Part shown: one piece after another, positions 20,033 through 33,178 of the stretch
Layout of the letters: the number at the start of each line of letters is the position of its first letter
Position numbering within the stretch: position 1 is the stretch's first letter
Assembly (NCBI GenBank): GCA_903844735.1
Contig: CAIMUX010000080.1
Span: 18,820-82,819 of the forward strand
DNA: 64,000 nt
Origin: Candidatus Eiseniibacteriota bacterium
GTDB taxonomy: Bacteria > Eisenbacteria > RBG-16-71-46 > CAIMUX01
Direction: 5' to 3'
Made by a program: the position numbers and the translations under genes
The notes under the pieces: generated by a model
Told to the model about the DNA's origin: nothing
Database searches by the model: none
The model's input: the letters and a program-made list of their open reading frames with translations, nothing else

Positions 20033-20752
20033 TCACCACCGATCAACTTCCTCGGAGAGGCGACGCAAGGTCTCCAGCACTTGGTCAAACCGCGCGGTGA
20101 TCAGGCCGCGCGCGGGAGTCGAGCGAGAGAGCCGCATGGCGTGCAGCTCGGGGAGCAGATTCGGTGGCAAGGCCAGCAGGTCCGCGCTTGCCTTCCACGC
20201 AGGCTCGCCCTGGGCCTGCCACGGTCCACCCTTCAGGTAGAGCAGCCCGCGAAAAATCGCCAGTAGCGACGGCCAGCCGCGATCAAGGGCCTGCTTCAGG
20301 CGCTTCGGCGCACCCTCACACTCGATGTAAGCCTGGCGGAAGAGAATCAACTTCGAGCGAATCTCCCGCTCGCACTGAAGCCGGATGTGCTCTTGCTGGA
20401 ACGAGATGCCGGCCAGAGGGTCGTCTCCATAGAGCACCCGGTACTGTGCCGTCATGGAAAGAAACTCCAGTGGCCACGAGTCGAGAGCGCTAGCAATGAA
20501 AATCGGTCGCACAACCAGCGGCACAGAGATCCGACGCTTCCGCCACTTGCCCGCCAGTGTCGCGAGCCGCTCCAGAAGTGCCAAGTCAACTGGATCGGCC
20601 ACAAGGAGAAAATTGTAATCGGAGACGCCCGGGCGGAACTGCGGCCCCAGGGCGCTGCCATGAGCCACCACGGAAAGGAGCGGCGCCCCTGCGCGTCCCC
20701 GGACCTCCTCGACGAATCCGGCAAAGACCCTGTCGTGGTCTGCCATCCTCAC
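20033..20752 (-). CDS. nucleotidyltransferase-fold (Pol-beta-like) hypothetical protein
   Basis: Minimal NTase motif hGS-x11-D-x-N/D (VVAHGSALGPQFRPGVSDYNFLLVAD). Lies between the TPM and LemA genes on the same strand. Confidence 0.5.
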   Translation of the reverse strand: MRMADHDRVFAGFVEEVRGRAGAPLLSVVAHGSALGPQFRPGVSDYNFLLVADPVDLALLERLATLAGKWRKRRISVPLVVRPIFIASALDSWPLEFLSMTAQYRVLYGDDPLAGISFQQEHIRLQCEREIRSKLILFRQAYIECEGAPKRLKQALDRGWPSLLAIFRGLLYLKGGPWQAQGEPAWKASADLLALPPNLLPELHAMRLSRSTPARGLITARFDQVLETLRRLSEEVDRW

Positions 20753-20821
20753 GTACCTCCATCGTGCGGCTCATGGAATCCCTTGGCTCCCGCCTTCTGG
20801 GCCTGCGGTCGGAATCTGCGC

Positions 20822-21649
20822 TCAGAACCCGCGCCCGGCACCGCCCCCTCCACTCCCCCCACCTCCAAAGCCCCCGAACCCGCCGCCGCCCCCGCCACCA
20901 AAGCTTCCACCGCCGAAGCCGCCGAAGCCCCCGAAGCTCCCGCCCATGAAGCCTCCCTGGCCGCGGTAGCGCCGCCGATTCAGCAGCGACGACAGGATGA
21001 TCATGACCAGAATGACAAGCGGCTGGAGCCTGGTTCGGCCCGACTTGAGCGGCGCTCGCCGTCCGCTGTAACCTCCCGCCGCGAGCAACGCATCAAGCTG
21101 TGCCGGATCCTCGCCCATCTCCGAGAGAATCGGTCGCAGACAGGCCCGCGCCGCCGAGGCGATGGCCTGGGCCGGTTGGGCAAGCAGGAGAGGCACAACA
21201 TCGTCGTCCAGTATCTGGCCGATGCGGCCGTCGTTCAGCACACCCTCCAACCCATAGCCCACTTCGATCCAGGCGAAACTCTTCCCCGCCCCTCGGGCCA
21301 GATAGAAGAGAAGCAGGCCTCGGTTCGTCGTCTTGTTGCCGACCTTCCAGGTCTCGAACAGCCGGTTAGCGTAGTCACGAGGTTCCTCGTCACCGATGTC
21401 GGTCATGGTGACGATACTCATCTGGACGCCAAACCTCGCGTCGGCCGCCGTGAAGAAGGACTCCAGGCGCTCGCGCTCGGACTCCGACAGCACACCGGCG
21501 AAATCGTTCACGAAGCCGGTCGGACGCGGGTATTCCGGTGCACCCGCCGCAACCGGCCCAACCCACGAAAGGATGAGCCCTGCCAGGGCGGCCACGAGGA
21601 GGAGGCGTGTCCGCGCCCTGGCCGGCAGCCCTCGCCCGCGAGCCGGCAT
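20822..21649 (-). CDS. TPM-domain (YgcG/TLP18.3/DUF477) protein with glycine-rich C-terminal tail
   Basis: Signal/TM LLLVAALAGLILSW, TPM core FVNDFAGVLSESERERLE, C-terminal TM and (GGF/GGS)n tail. Classic LemA partner. Confidence 0.8.
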   Translation of the reverse strand: MPARGRGLPARARTRLLLVAALAGLILSWVGPVAAGAPEYPRPTGFVNDFAGVLSESERERLESFFTAADARFGVQMSIVTMTDIGDEEPRDYANRLFETWKVGNKTTNRGLLLFYLARGAGKSFAWIEVGYGLEGVLNDGRIGQILDDDVVPLLLAQPAQAIASAARACLRPILSEMGEDPAQLDALLAAGGYSGRRAPLKSGRTRLQPLVILVMIILSSLLNRRRYRGQGGFMGGSFGGFGGFGGGSFGGGGGGGFGGFGGGGSGGGGAGRGF

Positions 21650-22026
21650 GCGCCCCGGCAGTCCTCTCCAAATGCCGTCGGGTCTCACGCCTGCGTCCCT
21701 CGATACCTTGCCTGACATGGATAGAATCTGGCACACGGCCCCATCCTGTGTCAGCAAATTCGGCGTCCCGCCGGGGACTCTCTTGCCTCCGACCCGGATC
21801 CGGCACTCATCCGCGCCACGACTCATTGTCCCTCCCTTGTTCGGCGCCCGGCCGGGGCTAGAGTCGAACACCGGGAAAGTTGTGGCCGCCGATCGCCCGC
21901 ATCCGGGCTATGCTCCGGCGAAGCGGCTGTGTTCCCCTGGAATCGTCCCCCGGACAGGTCCACAGCGAGGGACAAGGCCGGTTCATCCGCGGTGGGGCGG
22001 CGCGCGCTCCGGCCACCCCAGGGAAA

Positions 22027-22812
22027 ATGAAGGAGTTGGTCATGCCGGTCGTTCCCACTCCGGGAGAAGTCGTCATCCGCCGGCAGATAGAGAACCCGCG
22101 CGCCTGCCTCATCGTTTCGGGTGATTTCGGCGACTTGCTCGCCGGTTGGTGGCATCACGCTTCTCTCTGGGGGGGTGAGCCGGACGGCTTGGCGTCCGTC
22201 CTCATGCGGCAGGGACTAGCCGCGGCGGTACTGCACCTGTCGAACCGCCCGCGCAACGAGACTGTCGCGTGGACCCTGAACCTGAAGCAGCCGCCGACAA
22301 ACCTTTTTCTAACCGGCAGCTCGGTCGAGGGGACGATCACCGGCCGGGTCATCACCCAGGGCGTCCGGACCGAAGAGTCCAGCCGTCTCTTTGTGCAAGT
22401 CGTGAAACCACGAGGCGAACCACAGACAAGCCGGCTGGACGTCGACGGGTTTGATGTCCTGGAGATCTTCGAGCAGTACTTCACCCGCTCTGAGCAGAAT
22501 CCGGCGCGTTTCTTCGCCATCGAGCAAGAGCGGTTTGCCGCGGTATTCGGCCTGCCCGGCGTTGACCCCGCCTGGCTGCACGGGCTGGCGGTCGGCGGGG
22601 CGCGGACGCTCCTGGACACGGCGGTGGCCCTTGACGAACGGTCGTTCCGTTTTGAGTGTGGCTGCTCCCCGGTGCGGATTGTTGAGGTCATGCGTTCCCT
22701 CTACGCGAAGGAGCCGAACGAACTCTTCCGCGATGAAACCCAGGTAGAAGTCTTCTGTCCCCGCTGTGGGCGACGCTGGTGGGTAGACCGGGAGCAATTC
22801 GATGCGGGTTGA
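22027..22812 (+). CDS. hslO: Hsp33 family redox-regulated chaperone
   Basis: C-terminal zinc centre C-x-C … C-x-x-C (FECGCS … FCPRCG) and Hsp33-like N-domain. ATG at 22042, preceded by AAGGAG, is an alternative start. Confidence 0.7.
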   Translation: MKELVMPVVPTPGEVVIRRQIENPRACLIVSGDFGDLLAGWWHHASLWGGEPDGLASVLMRQGLAAAVLHLSNRPRNETVAWTLNLKQPPTNLFLTGSSVEGTITGRVITQGVRTEESSRLFVQVVKPRGEPQTSRLDVDGFDVLEIFEQYFTRSEQNPARFFAIEQERFAAVFGLPGVDPAWLHGLAVGGARTLLDTAVALDERSFRFECGCSPVRIVEVMRSLYAKEPNELFRDETQVEVFCPRCGRRWWVDREQFDAG

Positions 22813-23590
22813 TAGCCTAGTTCTGGGTGGGTTGCGCTGCACGCTTGTGGGTGGCGGGGCCCCAACCCGTGCGGAAACGAACGACCGGGGCGGGCCACGA
22901 ACCGCCGCGGTCCTCCCATTTCCCCAACGCTTCGCCGTGGTCCTCTGTCACGGCTACGGTGCGCCCGGCGACGATCTCGTCTCCTTGGCCTCGGAGGTCA
23001 TTCGTGCGGCCCCAGAGCTCGACGCGCGCCTGCGCTTCGTATTCCCGGAGGCCCCGCTGGCCCTGTCGGCTGTTGGTCCTTGGGACTCCCGGGCCTGGTG
23101 GCCGTTGGACGAAAGCGTCCTCGACGCCGCGATCGCACGCGGCTCGCCCATCGAGACGGTGCGGGACGCGCCAGCCGAGCTGTCAGGGCTGCGCGAGACC
23201 ATGTATCGATTGCTCGGCGATCTTGAACACGCAGAGGGAGTCCCCGTTTCCCGCGTGGTGCTGGGCGGTTTCTCCCAGGGGGCAATGCTGGCCACCGACA
23301 TCGCGTTGCGCCTGCCCATCTCGCCCGCCGGGCTTGGTGTTTTCTCCGGCACCCTGCTCGACGCGAACGAATGGGCACTCCTGGCGCCCGCCCGGCGGGG
23401 CATGCCCACCCTCGTGTGCCACGGGCGGCAGGACCCCCTACTGTCGTTTAGAACAGCCGAGGCGCTGCGCGAATTGCTCGCGCGTGCCGGTGTCGCTGTG
23501 GAGTTCGTCCCTTTCGATGGCCCGCACACGATCTCACCCGAGGGGTTCACGGCATTCGTTGCGTTTCTGCGGGCGATCCTGGGGCCCTGA
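22802..23590 (+). CDS. alpha/beta hydrolase (phospholipase/carboxylesterase family)
   Basis: Nucleophile elbow GFSQGA. Downstream D and H (HGRQDP) match the carboxylesterase family layout. Confidence 0.7.
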   Translation: MRVDSLVLGGLRCTLVGGGAPTRAETNDRGGPRTAAVLPFPQRFAVVLCHGYGAPGDDLVSLASEVIRAAPELDARLRFVFPEAPLALSAVGPWDSRAWWPLDESVLDAAIARGSPIETVRDAPAELSGLRETMYRLLGDLEHAEGVPVSRVVLGGFSQGAMLATDIALRLPISPAGLGVFSGTLLDANEWALLAPARRGMPTLVCHGRQDPLLSFRTAEALRELLARAGVAVEFVPFDGPHTISPEGFTAFVAFLRAILGP

Positions 23591-23991
23591 CGGATCTCCC
23601 GGAAAGGATGGTCTCGCGTGTCGTACCCGGCAAGCGCTTCGAGTGCATCCATCTACTTTCTGATCTACTCGTTTGTTGAGGGCACGATGTCCAGAAGGTA
23701 CGTCCCGCGTGGTCCGAAAATGACCTTGATGTCGCCCCCAAGCCCGGCGACACTCGCCCGCGGCTAACTCGGAGTCGGTCGAGGGGCGTCCGGAGGCGAT
23801 GCAATGTTCTCCTGCCTGCAGAACTCGGTGAGTCTCGGCGATGTCTTGCGTGGCCCACAGATCGCGAAAATTCTCCTGGTGCCATGCCTCGCCGGATGGG
23901 ACTGGTGACACTGTCCGTGGGGCTGCTCGCCTTGCGCGGCGGCTTCTCCGTGTCAGCCCCATTTCGTGGCGTCCTGCGCGAGGGAGCGATC

Positions 23992-24996
23992 ATGCACCGC
24001 GCACTGCGCCCCCATCGATCCGGCTGGTCGTTGCTGCTGCTGCTGCTGCTGGCGCTGGCCGCGAGCGCCCTGGCCGGCGCCGGCCCGGGCCCGTTGCCGC
24101 GGCGACCCGCCGCATCTGCCGCCGACCCGCCAACTCCGGCGGCCGACCCCACCACGGATCGCGCCGACAGGACGGACGACGCCCTGCCCGTGCCCCCCTC
24201 CGGCGTGCGTGATCCGCTCCTCGAGCTGCTGTTCACGATCGCGGAAAACGATTCGCTGGGTACCTGGGACGGAGCGGCGCTCGCGCGCTACGCGGCGGCA
24301 TCAGGGCGGCGCAGTCGGCTGCCAGTGGACGACATTGTGCGGATCGTGAGGCGCCCGGCCACGATCGTCGAAGCGGAGCTCCGGCACGGCGCGCGCGTCA
24401 CGCGCGTGTGGGAACTCGAGTTGACGCACGCGCTGCGGATGCCGCTGCCCTGGGCATTCCTCGGCTATCACCCCGGCACGGTCGCCGCGGCCCGCACCTT
24501 CGTTTTCAGCGAGTGGCGTCTGGGGGATCGGGCTCTCCAGGTCGTCGTCGATGACCGCCCGGCCACGATCGCCCTGGCGGATGTCTGCGTGCTACGCCTG
24601 GACGCGGGGTGGTTCATGCTGGACGTCGATGCCTGGATCGACGCGTTGCTCGGCGGACTGCTTGACGACTACTGGGTCTGCGGCTACGTCTTCGGGAAGC
24701 ACGGGGGCCGGCCGATCGAGGTTTCGCTGCTGGTAAAGCGAGACGGGGCATCCGATTACGGCCAGTTCGATCTCGGTCTCGATCGTATCGTGGCGCATCC
24801 GGAGGCTGTGGCCCGCGAGCTGAATCTCCTGGCCCGGCCCTGGGTCGCCCCGCCGCCCGGATCGAAACGCGTACCGTGGCGCGTCGAGACCTGGGTGGAC
24901 GCGGCGCCGGAAGACGGCCGCCAGCCGTGGACGCCGGGGCCGCTCGACACCGAACAGAACCCGAAGGGCCGCAGTAACGACTCCGGTAGTCAATAG
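23992..24996 (+). CDS. hypothetical secreted protein
   Basis: Signal peptide MHRALRPHRSGWSLLLLLLLALAASALAGA after a GGGAG RBS. No recognisable family. Confidence 0.5.
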   Translation: MHRALRPHRSGWSLLLLLLLALAASALAGAGPGPLPRRPAASAADPPTPAADPTTDRADRTDDALPVPPSGVRDPLLELLFTIAENDSLGTWDGAALARYAAASGRRSRLPVDDIVRIVRRPATIVEAELRHGARVTRVWELELTHALRMPLPWAFLGYHPGTVAAARTFVFSEWRLGDRALQVVVDDRPATIALADVCVLRLDAGWFMLDVDAWIDALLGGLLDDYWVCGYVFGKHGGRPIEVSLLVKRDGASDYGQFDLGLDRIVAHPEAVARELNLLARPWVAPPPGSKRVPWRVETWVDAAPEDGRQPWTPGPLDTEQNPKGRSNDSGSQ

Positions 24997-25000
24997 TCAG

Positions 25001-25078
25001 TAGTCAGTAGACAGTAATCAGTAATCAGAATTCAGGAGCCTGGCGCCAGAACTCACGAGTCAGAATGAGAACACTCCT
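25001..25078. repeat. REP-like repeat cluster (CAGTAGTCAGTAGACAGTAATCAGTAATCAGAATTCAGG … GAGTCAGAATGAGAACAC)
   Basis: Tandem CAGTA / CAGAAT sub-repeats immediately 3' of the 23992–24996 gene and of ileS. Confidence 0.5.
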
Positions 25079-25178
25079 GGACGAGACTTGAGGACTTGGC
25101 GGTAAGGCAACAGGCCCGCCCGTTTGTGCTTGGGGCAGCACGAGCGTCACAAAGGCCGTCGCGATGCCCGCCTCATCC

Positions 25179-28100
25179 CTATCGCTTCACCCCCAACCGC
25201 ACCCCGCACCCCTTCTCGATTTCCAGCCCGGCATCCAGATCCGCCCCGTCGCACCCCTCGCGCAGCCCATGCGCCAGGGTCTCTTCGGCAATATACTTCC
25301 CAAAGGTCGAAATCACGGCCCGGACCCGTTCGTCGGCGGTGTCGTACAAGACCGTGATCCGGTCCTCAACGTTGTAACCGGCCTGCTTGCGCAGATCCTG
25401 CACCGCACGGATCATCTCGCGGGCGTACCCCTCGCGGAGCAGCTCCTCCGTGATAGCCGTGTCGATCACCACGAGAAGGTTCCGATCCCCGGCCACCGTG
25501 AGCCCGGCGCGCCCGGCGTACCGCAACTCGAACTCCCCTGGCACCAGCGTGTGACCGGCGATCTCGATGGTGCCCTCTTCGCTCTGCACCCACGCCCCGT
25601 CCTTCGCCGCTTTCGAGACATCTTTGATCGCGGCGCCAAGCTTGGTGCCCAGGACCGGGAAGTTGAGCTTCAGCTCGCGCGTGACCAAGGCTTCGGTGTC
25701 GCCACCCACCAGGACCTGCTTGATGTTCAACTCCTGGCCAACCTGAACGAGGAGATCGTCGTCGAGGTCGGGGGCGATGCCACCAAAGTCAAGAATCCAC
25801 ATCCGGCCCAGCGGCTGGCGAACCTTGATCTGCACCTTCTCGCGCGCGGCCCGGCCGAGGCTAACCGAGATGAGGACCCGCGCCATACGCGCGCTCAACG
25901 CTTCGTCCACGAGTTCCCGCCGCACCTCGGGATACGGCCGCAGGTGCACACTTTCGGGCCACCCGTCCGCATCTCCCGTCTCGCTGGTCCGCTCCGCCTC
26001 ACCCCGGGGGCTCGAGACCCTAGTCCCTGCCCTGGATCCCCCCCGAAGCGTCCCGGTCAGATTGCGGTAGATCTCCTCGGCCAGAAACGGCACCACCGGC
26101 GCCAACATCTCACTGAAGGTGACCAGCACATGAAAGAGCGTCCGGTACGCAAACTTCTTGTCCTCATCGGCGGTCGACTTCCAGAACCGACGGCGCGAGC
26201 GCCGGAGATACCAGGTGGAAAGCGCCTCCAGGAACGCGTCGGCGGCCCGCAGCGAGCCGGCCACGTCATATTCCTCCAGCCCCCGCGTGAAGATCTCCAG
26301 CGTCCGGTGAAGGTCGGAAAGGATCCAGCGGTCGAGCGGATTGGGGCTCTGCGAGAGCGTCTCCTCCACCTGCGCCTCCGCCGGATCGAACCCATCCAGC
26401 AGAGCATAGGTCACGAAGAATCCGTAGACGTTCCAGAGGGTGATGAGCCGGCGCCGGATGTCGTCAGCGGCGTGGTAACCGAAGCGAAGGTTGTTGTTCG
26501 GGTTGAAGGCGCAATAGAGCCAGCGCATGACGTCCGCGCCCATCTTCTCAACCGCCTCGGCCAACTCGAGGGCATTCCCCGCCGACTTGTGCATCGGCTT
26601 GCCCTTCTCGTCGAAGACCTTCTCATAGGAGAAGACGGCCTTGTACGGGGCGCGCCCTTCCAGCGTCACCGCGGTGAACATCATGGCGTAGAACCAGAGC
26701 CTCACCTGCTCGCGCATCTCCAGCACGAGCTCACAGGGGAACCATTTTTCCCAATAGGCCCGATCCTCGAAGTACTTCAGAGTGGAGAACCCGACGATCC
26801 CCGCGTCCAGCCAGCAATCGCCGACATCGAAGATGCGCTTCGCCTCGGCCCCACAGTGCACGCAGCGGATCCGCACTTCGTCGATCCAGGGCCGGTGCAA
26901 CTCGGGCAGTCCGTCCACGACGGCCGGGTCGAGGGCGCGCGCGCGCAGTTCGGCGCGGCTCTTGATCACGGTGAGGTGTCGCTGTGGACAAAAGTAGAAC
27001 GGCAGGGGCAGTCCCCAGTAGCGCTTCCGGGAGATGCACCAGTCTCCCATGTTGTTGTACCAGTCCTGGGTTCGCTTTCCCACCGACTCGGGGATCCAGC
27101 GCACGGTCTCCGCCGCCGCCTTCATCTGCGGACGGATCTCCGTCGAGGAAAGGAACCACTCATTCTCGACGCGAAAGACCAACTTCTCCTTGCAGCGCCA
27201 GCAGAACGGGTAGCGGTGCCGGTAGGTTTCCTGCCGGAACAGGACATCCTTCTCCTTTAGGCTGGCCAGGATCGGCTTCTCCACGTCGTGGACATCCATG
27301 CCCGTCAGCCAGCCGAAACCCTCCACGTAGAGTCCATAGCCGTCGAGCGGGGCGATGACCTTCAGCCCGTGTGTCTTTCCCAGTTCGTTGTCCTCGGCGC
27401 CGCACCCGGGTGCGATGTGGACGATTCCCGATCCGTCGGTTTCGCCGACCGCACTCCACGGGACAACGCGGTGGTCCATTCCTGCCGCCACCGGCAATTC
27501 GTCGAATGGGCCGTCGTAGGCCCAACCCACCATCTCGCTTCCCTTCAGCGTGCCCTGTTCCTCGGCTCCCCTCTTGAAGATCATCGGGTAGGTGCCGGCG
27601 CTGAGATAGTAGACGTGCCCTTCGTGGCGCACCCGCAGGTAGTCGAGATCGGGGTTGACCGCCGCCGCCACATTGCTGGTCAGCGTCCATGGCGTCGTCG
27701 TCCACACCAGAAGAGACTCCCCCGGCCGGTCCTTCAAGGGGAAGCGTAGAAAGACAGAGGTGTCGGCCACTTCCTCGTAGCCATCGGTCAGCTCGTGCTG
27801 GGAAAGCGAGGTCCCGCAGCGGGTGCACCATGGCATCGCCTGGTGCCCCTCGTACAACCAGCCCCTCTCGTGGCAGATCCCGAGAAAGTGCCAGATGTAC
27901 TCGATGTTGGTGTCGCTCATCGTGTAATAAGAGTCGTCCCAGCGCATCCACTGGCCGAGACGGAGCGATTGCCGGATCATGACGCTGCTATACTTGTCCA
28001 CGCGGGCACGGCAGGCGCGGGAAAACTTATCCAGGCCGTACTGCTCAATGTCCCGCTTGCTGTTGAAGCCGAGCTCCCGCTCCGTCTCCACCTCAAGCCA

Positions 28101-28379
28101 CAGGCCCTGGCAGTCGAATCCGTTCTGCCAGCGCTGGTCGAACCCGCGCATTGCCCTGTATCGCTGGAAGACGTCCTTGTAGGTGCGGCCCCAGGCGTGG
28201 TGCACACCCATCGGATTATTCGCCGTGATCGGCCCGTCGATAAACGACCAGGGTGCCCGTCCGGCATTGCGTTGCACCTGTTGCTCGAAGATGCGCCCAG
28301 ACCGCCAGAATTCGAGGATGCGGTGCTCCAACTCGATGAAGTCCTGCTTGGCGTTAACCGGGGCGAACGCTGGCTCCAC
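25179..28379 (-). CDS. ileS: isoleucine–tRNA ligase (type 2)
   Basis: HIGH-region variant ANNPMGVHHAWGRT, KMSKS (KMHKSAGN) and overall class-I IleS architecture (1066 aa). Confidence 0.95.
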   Translation of the reverse strand: MEPAFAPVNAKQDFIELEHRILEFWRSGRIFEQQVQRNAGRAPWSFIDGPITANNPMGVHHAWGRTYKDVFQRYRAMRGFDQRWQNGFDCQGLWLEVETERELGFNSKRDIEQYGLDKFSRACRARVDKYSSVMIRQSLRLGQWMRWDDSYYTMSDTNIEYIWHFLGICHERGWLYEGHQAMPWCTRCGTSLSQHELTDGYEEVADTSVFLRFPLKDRPGESLLVWTTTPWTLTSNVAAAVNPDLDYLRVRHEGHVYYLSAGTYPMIFKRGAEEQGTLKGSEMVGWAYDGPFDELPVAAGMDHRVVPWSAVGETDGSGIVHIAPGCGAEDNELGKTHGLKVIAPLDGYGLYVEGFGWLTGMDVHDVEKPILASLKEKDVLFRQETYRHRYPFCWRCKEKLVFRVENEWFLSSTEIRPQMKAAAETVRWIPESVGKRTQDWYNNMGDWCISRKRYWGLPLPFYFCPQRHLTVIKSRAELRARALDPAVVDGLPELHRPWIDEVRIRCVHCGAEAKRIFDVGDCWLDAGIVGFSTLKYFEDRAYWEKWFPCELVLEMREQVRLWFYAMMFTAVTLEGRAPYKAVFSYEKVFDEKGKPMHKSAGNALELAEAVEKMGADVMRWLYCAFNPNNNLRFGYHAADDIRRRLITLWNVYGFFVTYALLDGFDPAEAQVEETLSQSPNPLDRWILSDLHRTLEIFTRGLEEYDVAGSLRAADAFLEALSTWYLRRSRRRFWKSTADEDKKFAYRTLFHVLVTFSEMLAPVVPFLAEEIYRNLTGTLRGGSRAGTRVSSPRGEAERTSETGDADGWPESVHLRPYPEVRRELVDEALSARMARVLISVSLGRAAREKVQIKVRQPLGRMWILDFGGIAPDLDDDLLVQVGQELNIKQVLVGGDTEALVTRELKLNFPVLGTKLGAAIKDVSKAAKDGAWVQSEEGTIEIAGHTLVPGEFELRYAGRAGLTVAGDRNLLVVIDTAITEELLREGYAREMIRAVQDLRKQAGYNVEDRITVLYDTADERVRAVISTFGKYIAEETLAHGLREGCDGADLDAGLEIEKGCGVRLGVKR

Positions 28380-28544
28380 TCTGTTACTCCTCTAGACTCA
28401 GGCTCCGCTCGTGCGCTTCCTCGGGATCGCCCTCGGCCTGATCCTCGTCGGCGGTCAGGATCTGTCGCCCTTGCCTAGTCCTGGTTGCTCGACTTGGTCC
28501 TTGGTCTTCCGGCCGGGGCACTCTCCCCGACATCGTAATCAGGT

Positions 28545-31261
28545 CTAGTCGCCGCCCTCGCCGTCGTCTTCGGATTCGTCTTCGAACTCGTCCGCGGATT
28601 CCTCATCCTCGCTCTCGTCGTCCGCCGACTCGTCCCCGTCGTCCCCCTCGGCCTCTTCTTCTCCGAGCTCGGCGTCCTCGATCTCCGGCGGCTCCCCGGC
28701 AGGCCGCTCCTCGTCGCGCTCCGCGCTCGCATCCGCACCACCCGCGACGACACCCGCCGGAGGCGCCTCGCCGGCCTCCGCCGCGGGACCGACGCCCGGC
28801 ACCTCCTGCGGCAGGCGCGTCACGTCCCGGACATAGTCGTCGTCGCCGAGCTGGATCAGCTTGACCCCTTGCGTGGCCCGGCTCAGCACCGACACGGTGT
28901 TGATCTTGAGCCGGATGATGATCCCACCGGAGCTCATCACCATGAGCTCATCGGAGTCGGTAACAACAAGCAGAGCCACGATCGGACCGTTGCGCTCGGA
29001 CGCGCGGATGGTAAGCACCCCTTGCCCGCCCCGGCGGGTCACGCGGTACTCCTCGATCTGGCTGCGCTTGCCGAATCCCCGGTGCGTCACGACCAACAGG
29101 TGTTCCGCCGGGTCCCGCACCGCCACCATGCCGATCGCGGCGTCCTCGGGACCCTGGAGCCGCACGCCACGCACGCCCGCCGCGGAGCGGCCCATGGGGC
29201 GGACGTCGATCTCGGGAAAGCGAATGGCCCGGCCGCGCCGGGTGGCAATGATTACTTCCCAGCCCGGCTCAAGTTGTCGGGCGCCGATCAGCGCGTCTCC
29301 TTCCTTCAGCTCAAGGGCCACAATCCCTTTTCGCCGCGGGTGGCTGAAGCGGGAAAGGCGGATCTTCTTGATCAGTCCCCGCTGCGTGGCCAGCATCAGA
29401 AAGCGGTCCTCGCGGAACTCGCGCACCGGCAGGTAGGCCGTGATCCGCTCTTCCCTCTGCGCCCCAATGAGATTGAGGAGGGATCGCCCCTTCGCTGTCC
29501 GCCCGCCCTCCGGAATCTCGTGGACCTTCAGCCAGTAGGCCCGCCCTCGATCGGTGAACAGCAGCAGGTACGTGTGCGTCGAGGCGACAAAGAGGTGTTC
29601 GACGAAGTCGTCCTCCTTGGTCGTCGCGCCCCGCAGGCCCCGGCCCCCTCGCCCCTGGCTCCGGTACTCATTCACCCGCGTCCGCCGGATGTAGCCAGCG
29701 TGCGTGATGGTGATGATCATCTCCTCCTCAGGGATCAGGTCTTCGATGTCGAACCCCGCCTCCCCCTCAAGGATGCCGATCTCTGTCCGGCGGGCGTCCC
29801 CGAAACGCTCCTTCAGCGCCAGCATGTCGCCGCGGATCAGACCCAGCACGCGGCCTCGGTCGGCGAGAATCTCCCGCAGTTCGGCGATGCGCGCCACGAC
29901 CTGGGCATACTCCTGGTCGATCTTCTTCCGCTCGAGGCCGGTCAGCCGTTGCAGCCGCATCTCGAGAATCGCCTCGGCCTGCTTCTCAGAGAGGCCGAAC
30001 GTCCGCTGCAGTCCCTGCCGCGCCGCCTCCGGGTCGGGGCTGTGGCGGATCAGGGTGATCACGGCATCCAACTCGTCCAGCGCCCGGCGCAGCCCCTCGA
30101 GAATGTGAGCCCGCGCCTCCGCCTGGGCCAGCTCGAAACGACTTCGCCGGACGATCACCTCGAGTCGATGGTCGAGGAACGCCTGCAGCATTCCCCGCAG
30201 GCCGAAGACCACGGGCCGATTGTCCTTCAAGGCCAGGAGGTTTGCCCCGAACGTTGTCTGCATCTGGGTGTGTTTGTATAGTTGGTTCAGGACCACCCGC
30301 GGCTGGGCGTCTCGCCTCAACTCGATGACCACCCGCATGCCGCGCCGATCCGACTCGTCGCGGAGGTCGGAGATGCCGGTGATTTGTCCCGCCTTCACCA
30401 GACCGGCGATCTTCTCGATCATCGCCGCCTTGTTCACCTGATACGGAATCTCGGTGACGATGATGGCGTCCTTGCCGTTCTTTAGGGTATCGATCTCGGC
30501 CCGCGCACGCACAACAATGAGCCCCCGTCCGGTGGAGTAGGCGTCGCGAACTCCCTGCCGCCCGAGGATGATCCCTCCGGTCGGAAAGTCGGGGCCCGGC
30601 AGGAACCGCATCAGCTCCTCTACCGTGGCCTCGGGGGTGTCAATGAGGTGGACGAGGGCGTCAATCGTCTCACCCAGGTTGTGCGGCGGGATATTGGTCG
30701 CCATCCCGACGGCAATGCCTGTGGCTCCATTCACGAGAAGGTTAGGAAAGTTCGCGGGCAGGACAACCGGTTCCTCTCGCGTCTCGTCATAGTTGGGCCG
30801 GAAGTCGACGGTTTCCTTCTCCAGGTCGAGAAGCAACTCCTCCGCCACCGGATTCATGCGCGCCTCTGTGTAGCGCTCGGCCGCGGCGGCGTCGCCGTCC
30901 ACCGAACCGAAGTTACCCTGGCCTTCGATGAGCGGGTAGCGCAGCGAGAAGTCCTGGACCAGTCGCACCATGGTGTCGTAGACCGTGACGGTTCCGTGCG
31001 GGTGGTAATTGCCGGTGACGTCTCCGGTGATCTTGGCCGATTTCCGGTATGGTCGGTCGTGATAGAGAGAGAGATCGTTCATGGCGACGAGGATCCGGCG
31101 CTGCACCGGCTTCAGTCCGTCGCGAACATCGGGCAGCGCCCGGGAAACGATGACGCTCATCGAGTAGTCGATGTACGAAGACTTCATCTCGTCCTCGATG
31201 AGCACCGGGAGGATCCTCCCCGCGGGCCTGTCTGCTCCGGGCTTGTCCATATCCTCACTCA

Positions 31262-31262
<1 letters not shown>
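28545..31262 (-). CDS. gyrA: DNA gyrase subunit A
   Basis: Active-site region [11 protein letters not shown] and [11 protein letters not shown]. Acidic C-terminal tail. Start ATG overlaps the gyrB stop (ATGA). Confidence 0.95.

Positions 31263-33178
<1,916 letters not shown>

Noticed and set aside
25001-25078. CRISPR array suspicion from the repeated cagta/cagaat units
   Set aside because: Units are 5–7 nt with no spacers, so this is a microsatellite/REP-like repeat, not a repeat-spacer array. No cas genes are present.
25164-27260. 698-aa plus-strand ORF inside ileS
   Set aside because: Antisense shadow ORF. ileS on the opposite strand is unambiguous.
28869-30281. 470-aa plus-strand ORF inside gyrA
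   Set aside because: Antisense shadow ORF.
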